From contig JAFTPD010000002.1 in the NCBI GenBank assembly GCA_017463485.1, forward strand, positions 65,229 to 129,228: a DNA stretch of 64,000 nt. Reading direction: 5' to 3'. The position numbers and the translations under genes are program-made. Below the pieces are notes generated by a model. It did not search any database, was not told the DNA's origin, and saw only the letters and a program-made list of their open reading frames with translations. Below, piece after piece: positions 18,947-25,580 of this stretch. Every line of letters starts with the position of its first letter. The stretch's first letter is position 1. Origin of the DNA: Clostridia bacterium (lineage in GTDB: Bacteria; Bacillota; Clostridia; Oscillospirales; CAG-272).

Positions 18947-20221
18947 ATGAACAACACAAACCTTTATATCGGCAAGGACTACATTCAGCATTTTGCTTCG
19001 GGTGAGCGTGTAATGGGAACTGCGGGCGTGTCCAATAACAACGCCGCTACCGTAACCCCTTACGAGGGCGAAGGACTTTCTGCCGAGATGAGAACCTATT
19101 ACAGCGACTATCTTATCGATAACGCAGAGCCTTATCTGGTGCACGATCTGTTCGCACAGAAGCACCGCATCCCCACGGGCGGCGGTAAGACTATCTCCTT
19201 CCGCAAGTACGATCCGCTGCCCAAGCGCACCTCTCCCATTGTAGAGGGCGTTACCCCTGACGGTCAGGATTTCCACGTTAGCGTAGTGGAGGCAACCGTT
19301 TCCCAGTACGGCGGATATATCGAGCTTACCGACCTACTTCTCATGACGGCGGTTGATAACAACCTCTGCATGGCAACCAAGCTGCTCGGTGCGCAGGCAG
19401 GACGTACCCTTGACACCATCTCGCGCGAGGTGCTTTCAGGCGGTACAAACGTTCAGTACGGCGAGAACGCCGTATCTGCGCGTCATCTGCTGGTGGGAGG
19501 CAAGGAGAGCGGCAACCATTACCTTACCGTTGACTGTATCCGCCGCGCGGTAAGATTCCTCAAGAGTCAGAATGCTGAGAAGATCGACGGCTCTTACGTG
19601 GCAATCATCCACCCCGACTGCACCTACGACCTTATGAACGATCCCAACTGGAAAACGCCCAATCAGTACGCCGATAGCAAGCGTATCTTCGAGGGCGAAA
19701 TCGGCAAGATCGAGGGCGTGCGCTTTATCGAGTCCAGCGAAGCCAAGATCTTCCACGCAGAGGATCTTTATGAAGGTCAGCGCACAGTCCCTGTTACCAA
19801 CGGCACAGCAGACGGAGGTCTTTATCTGCAGGGCAACACATTGCCTGACAGATGGATTATCGTTAACGGCAAACGCGTATATTACAGCGCGTCAAAGTGC
19901 TACACCGATTCCACCAAACAGAATACCGTCGATATGAGTGGAGCCAAAGTAAACGATATCGTCTATCCTGGTGAAGCAGGTGCAGAGGGCCGCGATGTAT
20001 ATTCCACCCTTATCATCGCGGATAACGCATACGGTACAACCGAAATTTCGGGGGGCGGACTTGAGCATATCGTAAAGCAACTCGGTAGCGCAGGAACGTC
20101 CGACCCGCTCAATCAGAGAGCAACCGTCGGTTGGAAGGCGTCCAAGGTCACTACTCGTCTTGTAGAGGCGTTTATGGTGAGAATCGAGACCACCTCCACC
20201 TTCGAATCGGGCAACAACTGA
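18947..20221 (+). CDS. major capsid protein (N4-gp56-like family)
   Basis: 424 aa. ISFRKYDPLP..EGVTPDG..VSQYGGYIELTDLL..LLGAQAGRTLD matches my memory of the N4-gp56 capsid family. N-terminal IQHF-AS motif. Confidence 0.8.
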   Translation: MNNTNLYIGKDYIQHFASGERVMGTAGVSNNNAATVTPYEGEGLSAEMRTYYSDYLIDNAEPYLVHDLFAQKHRIPTGGGKTISFRKYDPLPKRTSPIVEGVTPDGQDFHVSVVEATVSQYGGYIELTDLLLMTAVDNNLCMATKLLGAQAGRTLDTISREVLSGGTNVQYGENAVSARHLLVGGKESGNHYLTVDCIRRAVRFLKSQNAEKIDGSYVAIIHPDCTYDLMNDPNWKTPNQYADSKRIFEGEIGKIEGVRFIESSEAKIFHAEDLYEGQRTVPVTNGTADGGLYLQGNTLPDRWIIVNGKRVYYSASKCYTDSTKQNTVDMSGAKVNDIVYPGEAGAEGRDVYSTLIIADNAYGTTEISGGGLEHIVKQLGSAGTSDPLNQRATVGWKASKVTTRLVEAFMVRIETTSTFESGNN

Positions 20222-20277
20222 TAATTTATAAACACCCCGCCCTCGGGCGGGGGAGAGATAAAGAAAGGAAAAAGAAT

Positions 20278-20562
20278 ATGAGTACGAATACCGAAAATAA
20301 AAACAAGACCGTTTCCACTCCCGAGGACTACCTTGAGGAGCTGGTTTCCATAAAGCTTTTCCGCGACGGCGGACGTTATCGCGACAACGTGTACGTTGCT
20401 GTCAACGGACAGAACTGCATCATCAAGCGCGGTGAATGGGTAAAGGTAAAGCGCAAGTTTGCCATGGTGCTTGACGCCTCCGAAATTCAGGATATGAAGA
20501 CCGCGCAGATGATCGAAGCCGAGGAGAAAAAGTTCCAAACTGCCGAATCCAAGCTCGCCTGA
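20278..20562 (+). CDS. hypothetical phage head-associated protein (94 aa)
   Basis: ATG after AAAGGAAAAAG, inside listed ORF 20131..20562. No family recognised. Confidence 0.55.
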   Translation: MSTNTENKNKTVSTPEDYLEELVSIKLFRDGGRYRDNVYVAVNGQNCIIKRGEWVKVKRKFAMVLDASEIQDMKTAQMIEAEEKKFQTAESKLA

Positions 20563-20580
20563 CGGAGCGGGGGTGAGTTT

Positions 20581-20919
20581 ATGACTATCGGTAAATGTAT
20601 CGGCATAGCCGAAACCATAGCGCCCAACAAGATCGACAGAGAGCTGAAGCTCCGTTGGCTCAGCGAGCTTGAGGGCAAGATAGCCGTAGAGCTTTTCGAC
20701 GCTATGCCGGAGGAGCTGAACGAGTACAGCGCCGAGTGTGAGGACGGGGTGCAGCTTTACGTCCCGTTTCCGTTTGACCAGATATACTGGATGTACCTCG
20801 TGGCAATGCTTGACCTTGCCAATGGGGACAACGCAAGATACGGAAATTCCGCAGGCGCGTTCAATTCCGCCTTTGAGAGCTACGCCAAATGGGTATTGCG
20901 CAACGGAGTGACGAGGTAA
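20581..20919 (+). CDS. hypothetical phage protein (112 aa), possible head-tail connector
   Basis: Position after the capsid gene. No motif recognised. Confidence 0.5.
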   Translation: MTIGKCIGIAETIAPNKIDRELKLRWLSELEGKIAVELFDAMPEELNEYSAECEDGVQLYVPFPFDQIYWMYLVAMLDLANGDNARYGNSAGAFNSAFESYAKWVLRNGVTR

Positions 20920-20923
20920 GCCC

Positions 20924-21067
20924 ATGGACGTTCAGAAAATAACGCTCACCTCGGGCAGATTTATTCCTTCCCGCTCGGAGGACCTTGAAAAAAGGATAGA
21001 CGAGCTTGAAAAATATCTCATGCTGCTTACCGAAGAGCTTGAAAAGCGTTCAGATAACACACAGTAA
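20924..21067 (+). CDS. small coiled-coil ORF (47 aa)
   Basis: My own translation: MDVQKITLTSGRFIPSRSEDLEKRIDELEKYLMLLTEELEKRSDNTQ. It fills the gap between plus-strand phage genes and is below the ORF-track size cut-off. Confidence 0.35.
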   Translation: MDVQKITLTSGRFIPSRSEDLEKRIDELEKYLMLLTEELEKRSDNTQ

Positions 21068-21091
21068 GCAAAGAGGAAAGGAGAATGAGTA

Positions 21092-22666
21092 ATGTCAGGT
21101 AAAACAGCGGTATCCCTACCTTTGGGAATAGCCAAAGACTCAAACGTCAAAAAAAGGACGCAGACAAAATTCGGCGGACTTTGCCGCGAGAGAATGGCGA
21201 GCGGTGAGGACATCAGCTATATGCTCAATACGACGTGCTGTGATCATCCGAGAATATCCGCGCGAGAGAGGAGAAGGCTGTCCTCTGCGAGTGCCGTGGC
21301 GGGAAGCACGTCGTATACCGTCGCAGTGTCGGATAAGGTATACGTAGTCGAGGGCGACAAGCTCTACATTTCTGAAAACGGTGCACGTACCGAATGCTGT
21401 ACTCTGTCATCCGAATCGGATAAAAAGATAATCTGCTACGGTAACGACCTTGTGATCCTGCCCGATTATATCCATTATCAGTCGCCCTTTGGATATACTA
21501 AAAGTATGCGTATTTCAACAGACGTTATCAAAGCAACAATAAGCGGCAACTCGCTTGTTGCAGAGTCCGTCGATTTTGAGGATATTGGCTTCAGAATGGG
21601 CGACGGTGTAACAGTTACCTCAGTGGCAAGCACGCTGTCCAGTCATGTGTTCACGGTAAACTCTACCGTTTATTACGTAGACGGAAACACCTTGCTTATA
21701 GACGGAGTTTTTCCGAGCGACGGGGAATATGCGATTCGCGTAAGACGTGACATACCCTCACTTACCCACGCCGTATGCTGGGGCGAGCGAATGTACGGCA
21801 CGTCGGGAAGCAACGTCAACATTTCGGAAGAAGGAAATATCTATAACTGGAAAGGGAAAAGGGGACTTGACAGCGACCCCGTGACTATGCCGTCAGTCTC
21901 CGTCGGCAGCTTTACCGCTTGCGCCGAATGGAACGGTTATATTGTCTTTTTTAAGGAAGGCTCGATATGCAAGCTGCTTGGCAATAAGGCGTCAAGCTAC
22001 GTGTTGTCAGAGGTAACGGCGCCGGGTATTCCCGAGGGTGGACATAAAACGCTTGTTTCTCTCGGCGGCGCGCTCTACTACTGCGGCACAATGGGAGTTT
22101 ATAAGTACGACGGTACGCATCCCAAGCGGATAGATCAGGGCGCGCTTCCCGACGGCTTGAAGGCGACGGCAGCCGCCACTGACGGAGAAAGATATTATCT
22201 TGCGGCAAACGGTAAAGTGTACGTTTACGACCCCGTGCGACAACTATGGAGCGCAGAATCGGGCGCGGCTATCGTCAGTATGGCAGGCAGAGCGGGCGAG
22301 GTATATATGTTGACGTCGGGCGGATTGCTGTTTGCGTCGGGCGATACGGCAGAGGGCGGACTTGAGGACGCGACCGACGCATGGCTGTCCTTTGGATACG
22401 ACGACGGAGGCGCGGCAGAAAAGAAATCCCTCCTATCATTGAGTTTAACCGTCCGATTGGGAGAGGGAGCTGACCTCGAGGTGCTCGCAGAATTCGACGA
22501 GGACGGCGAGCAGGTGCTTGTCGGAAACAGCAGAGGACGTGGCGCGTGGGAAAATCTCACCTATATGTGTCCGCCCAATATCTGCGGTGGATTCCGAATA
22601 CATCTTCATGCCCGCGGTAGCTTTACGCTCGCGTCGCTGACGCGCAATTACCGCATCATAAGCTGA
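21092..22666 (+). CDS. 524-aa beta-rich phage structural protein of unknown role
   Basis: GAGGAAAGGAGA RBS. Recurrent G-x-hydrophobic-Y motifs (KVYVVEGDKLYI, GALYYCGTMGVYKYDG, GERYYLAANGKVYVYD, GEVYMLTSGGLLFA) suggest a propeller or beta-sandwich. Confidence 0.6.
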   Translation: MSGKTAVSLPLGIAKDSNVKKRTQTKFGGLCRERMASGEDISYMLNTTCCDHPRISARERRRLSSASAVAGSTSYTVAVSDKVYVVEGDKLYISENGARTECCTLSSESDKKIICYGNDLVILPDYIHYQSPFGYTKSMRISTDVIKATISGNSLVAESVDFEDIGFRMGDGVTVTSVASTLSSHVFTVNSTVYYVDGNTLLIDGVFPSDGEYAIRVRRDIPSLTHAVCWGERMYGTSGSNVNISEEGNIYNWKGKRGLDSDPVTMPSVSVGSFTACAEWNGYIVFFKEGSICKLLGNKASSYVLSEVTAPGIPEGGHKTLVSLGGALYYCGTMGVYKYDGTHPKRIDQGALPDGLKATAAATDGERYYLAANGKVYVYDPVRQLWSAESGAAIVSMAGRAGEVYMLTSGGLLFASGDTAEGGLEDATDAWLSFGYDDGGAAEKKSLLSLSLTVRLGEGADLEVLAEFDEDGEQVLVGNSRGRGAWENLTYMCPPNICGGFRIHLHARGSFTLASLTRNYRIIS

Positions 22667-22688
22667 AGCACGCACAGGAGGAACAGAC

Positions 22689-23009
22689 ATGAATTCGCAC
22701 GACGGACCGAGAGGGTACAATCATCATTCGATCGACAGAGAATATTCCGCCGAGCTTTGCGACGAGCGACACGACAGGCTGGATTTTGATATCCGCCATG
22801 TGGAGGAAAAGCTTGAAAAGCTGGAGATCTGCACCGTAAAGCTGACGGATATGATCGAGCGGCACGATAAAATGATAGACGCCCAGCAGGAAAAGATAAG
22901 CACCCTTGAAAAGCATCCGGGGGCACAGCTTCAAAAGATACTGTGGTATGCCATCAGCGCCGTGGCAGGCGCTCTGGCGGTTGCCCTTACGGATCATATC
23001 GCGCTTTGA
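22689..23009 (+). CDS. XhlA-like membrane protein (lysis-associated)
   Basis: N-terminal coiled coil (HVEEKLEKLEICTVKLTDMIERHDKMIDAQQEKISTLEK) and a single C-terminal TM (ILWYAISAVAGALAVAL), as in XhlA-family proteins. Confidence 0.6.
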   Translation: MNSHDGPRGYNHHSIDREYSAELCDERHDRLDFDIRHVEEKLEKLEICTVKLTDMIERHDKMIDAQQEKISTLEKHPGAQLQKILWYAISAVAGALAVALTDHIAL

Positions 23010-23067
23010 CGCACAAAGCCCCGTATCGCGGAAATCTCTGCGGTACGGGGCTGAAAGAGCAGCTTTG

Positions 23068-23136
23068 CGGAGTGAAATCCGCCTGCGGCGGATTATCGTT
23101 GCTTTTCGCTTTGCGAAAAGCGTCATTTCATTGAAA
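23068..23136. repeat. copy A, 5' module of the two-copy intergenic element
   Basis: GGAGTGAAAT + hairpin + ATTATCGTTGCTTTTCGCTTTGCGAAAAGCGTCATTTCATTGAAA. Matches 28170-28312. Confidence 0.7.
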
Positions 23137-23269
23137 CGGGCGACCGCAGGTCGCCCCTACGGTATAAAAATCTTTGCCTGAAAACTACTGAAAGCATCTT
23201 ATTTTCCACGTAGGGGCGAATTGCTTGCTCCTCCCGCTACGGAAAAATTTTTGATTTTACACGTATAAC

Positions 23270-23406
23270 GGACAGTCGGGGACGCCTGTCCCTACAATTT
23301 TGAAAAGATTTTCGTTATTGAATAACAGAAAGGCAATATAAACCTTTTGGTGTTAAAACAACGAAAAATTCTAATCATTTGTAGGGACAGGCGTCCCCGA
23401 CTGTCC
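23270..23406. repeat. MITE-like unit bounded by a perfect 28-bp inverted repeat
   Basis: GGACAGTCGGGGACGCCTGTCCCTACAA (23270-23297) and its exact reverse complement (23379-23406) flank 81 AT-rich nt. The core recurs at 43795. Confidence 0.7.
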
Positions 23407-23488
23407 GGAACATCGAATAAATTATAGAGATGGTCTTGACCGTTTGGCGCGGTTAAAAGAATAAACAATAAATAATAAATAATAAATA

Positions 23489-23647
23489 CCACAGTGGGTA
23501 AGGGTCCCACGGGGGTTATAGAGATGGTTTTTGTTGTCATCATACGAAACAAATCCAAACCAAAAAATACTTCAAGCAAGTTCTTTGGGATCAAACCCTT
23601 TCTCGAAAGAAAGGGTTTGCAGGGCGCGGGACAGAGTCCCGCATATA
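23489..23647. repeat. copy A, 3' module of the two-copy intergenic element
   Basis: Collinear with 28315-28468. Three hairpins at 23494-23510, 23592-23619 and 23626-23642. Confidence 0.7.
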
Positions 23648-23661
23648 CTAAAAATCATACA

Positions 23662-23692
23662 ATAAAAATCAAGGGCTTCTAACGAAGCCCCT
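23662..23692 (-). terminator. typA terminator
   Basis: GGGCTTC-taac-GAAGCCC, followed on the minus strand by TTGATTTTTATT. Confidence 0.65.
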
Positions 23693-23699
23693 TCATTGT

Positions 23700-25544
23700 T
23701 TACTGCTGTTGCATAGCGCGACGCTTGCGCATCATTTCCTTCATACGCAACTCGGTATTAAGGATGACCTTACGCAGGCGAATGGATTTGGGAGTAACCT
23801 CGATAAGCTCGTCCTCGTTGATGAACTCGATAGCCTCCTCCAGCGTCATAATAACAGGGGGAGTGAGGAGCAGCTTTTCGTCCGCACCGGAGGAGCGGAT
23901 AGCGGTAAGGTGCTTTTCTTTGCAGGGATTGACCGCGATATCGTCGTTCTTGGGATTCTCGCCCACGATCATACCCTCGTAAACGGGAGTCTGAGGTCCA
24001 ACGAACATTCTGCCGCGTTCCTGCGTGTTGAAAAGACCGTATCTCGTAGTTTCGCCTGCCTCGGAAGCGACCAGCGAGCCTGTAAATCTCATAACGATCT
24101 CTCCGCGGTAAGGCTGATAGCCGTCAAAAATGGAGTTGAGCGTACCCTCACCGTGAGTGGCGGTCAAAAATTCGGAGCGGTATCCGAACAGACAGCGGGT
24201 AGGAATAATATATTCAATTCTCATGCGGTTGCCCGAGCCGAGAGGAGTCATTTCGATTAGATCGCCCTTGCGCTGTCCCAGCTTTTCAACGACCGCGCCA
24301 ACGTAGTCGTTTGGAACGTCAAGCGTTACGCGCTCCATAGGCTCGCATTTCTCGCCGTCGATCTCCTTGAAAAGCACGCGAGGATTGGAGCAGGTAAGCT
24401 CGTAGCCCTCACGGCGCATGGTCTCGATCAAAATAGAGAGATGCATCTCGCCTCTGCCCGCAACCTTGAACTCGTCAGTGGTGTCACCGTCGGATACGCG
24501 CAGGGAGACATCCTTGAGAAGCTCGCGGTAAAGTCTGTCGCGGAGCTGACGGGAGGTAACAAACTTACCCTCCTTGCCCGCAAGCGGGCTGTCGTTGACC
24601 GAGAAGGTCATTTCCAGCGTCGGCTCACTAACCTTTACAAATTCAAGCGGCTCGGGAGTGTCAAGAGCCGTAACGGTGTCGCCGATAGAAATATCAGCCG
24701 CACCTGAGAAGCACACGATATCGCCAACCGTCGCGCTTTCAACGGGGGTACGAACAAGTCCCTCAATCTGCATCACGGTCACGATCTTGGTACGTTTTTT
24801 GCTTTCGGGCGTAAAGAAATTGCATATAGCCGCCTCTTGGTTTACCTTGAGAGTTCCGCGCTCAATACGACCGATACCGATACGTCCGACGTAGTCGTTG
24901 TAGTCGATGGAGGACACGAGAAGCTGAAGCGGCTCGTCGGGCTCGCCTTCGGGAGCGGGAACATAGTCCACGATGGTTTCAAACAGGGGAGTGAGGTCAA
25001 CGCCCTCCTCGTCAGGAGAGCGGGTAGCCGTGCCGTCACGTCCCGAGCAGTAGAGGAAGGGGAAATCAAGCTGCTCGTCGTTTGCATCGAGGTCGAGCAG
25101 CAGCTCAAGCACCTCGTCCTCAACCTCGCCAAGGCGCGCGTCGGGCTTGTCTATCTTGTTGATACAAACAATGACACGGTGGTTAAGCGCAAGCGCCCTC
25201 TGAAGCACGAAGCGAGTCTGGGGCATGGGACCCTCTGCCGCGTCAACAAGCAGAATAACGCCGTTTACCATTTTGAGAACGCGCTCCACCTCGCCGCCGA
25301 AATCTGCGTGACCGGGAGTGTCGATAATGTTTATCTTAACGTCCTTGTAATGCACAGATGTGTTTTTGGCAAGGATGGTGATGCCGCGCTCGCGCTCAAG
25401 TGCGCCCGAATCCATAACACGGTTTACGGTTTCCTGATTGTCGCGGTAGATTCCGCCCTGCTTCAAAAGACCGTCAACAAGGGTGGTCTTTCCGTGGTCA
25501 ACATGGGCGATTATTGCAATATTTCTGAGATCGCTTCTTATCAC
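23700..25544 (-). CDS. typA: translational GTPase TypA/BipA
   Basis: IRNIAIIAHVDHGKTTLVD, DTPGHADFGGEV, NKIDK, and the C-terminal BipA-specific domain. Confidence 0.93.
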   Translation of the reverse strand: MIRSDLRNIAIIAHVDHGKTTLVDGLLKQGGIYRDNQETVNRVMDSGALERERGITILAKNTSVHYKDVKINIIDTPGHADFGGEVERVLKMVNGVILLVDAAEGPMPQTRFVLQRALALNHRVIVCINKIDKPDARLGEVEDEVLELLLDLDANDEQLDFPFLYCSGRDGTATRSPDEEGVDLTPLFETIVDYVPAPEGEPDEPLQLLVSSIDYNDYVGRIGIGRIERGTLKVNQEAAICNFFTPESKKRTKIVTVMQIEGLVRTPVESATVGDIVCFSGAADISIGDTVTALDTPEPLEFVKVSEPTLEMTFSVNDSPLAGKEGKFVTSRQLRDRLYRELLKDVSLRVSDGDTTDEFKVAGRGEMHLSILIETMRREGYELTCSNPRVLFKEIDGEKCEPMERVTLDVPNDYVGAVVEKLGQRKGDLIEMTPLGSGNRMRIEYIIPTRCLFGYRSEFLTATHGEGTLNSIFDGYQPYRGEIVMRFTGSLVASEAGETTRYGLFNTQERGRMFVGPQTPVYEGMIVGENPKNDDIAVNPCKEKHLTAIRSSGADEKLLLTPPVIMTLEEAIEFINEDELIEVTPKSIRLRKVILNTELRMKEMMRKRRAMQQQ

Positions 25545-25580
25545 TGTTTTACGTCCTTTCAGTAGTAGAGGTGGGTGGAT

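Larger units (their letters stand above)
13185..23009. mobile_element. prophage-like island: repressor plus packaging/head module only
   Basis: Contiguous phage-type genes (repressor, TerS, TerL, portal, protease, scaffold, capsid, XhlA-like). No integrase, replication, tail or lysin genes, and no att repeats seen. Confidence 0.75.

Noticed and set aside
20932-21213. 93-aa minus-strand ORF inside the phage island
   Set aside because: It overlaps plus-strand genes in a uniformly plus-oriented module. The plus-strand 47-aa ORF and the 524-aa gene start explain this region better.
23458-23489. Possible CRISPR array or tandem repeat, (AATAAAT)n, together with the GTGAAAT units at 28174-28238
   Set aside because: The units are 7 nt or about 20 nt long, with no unique spacers of CRISPR size and no cas genes. 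Treated as simple or structured repeats instead.
22906-23682. Short ORFs in the repeat-filled gap (22906..23181, 22943..23134, 23292..23594, 23494..23682)
   Set aside because: They are translations of hairpin/IR repeat DNA, with no RBS, and the same sequence recurs non-coding at 28170-28468.
13100-23700. Search for att direct repeats, an integrase, or a tRNA target at the island edges
   Set aside because: No matching flanking repeats could be found by eye, and no recombinase-like ORF on either strand. The island boundaries are therefore defined only by gene content.
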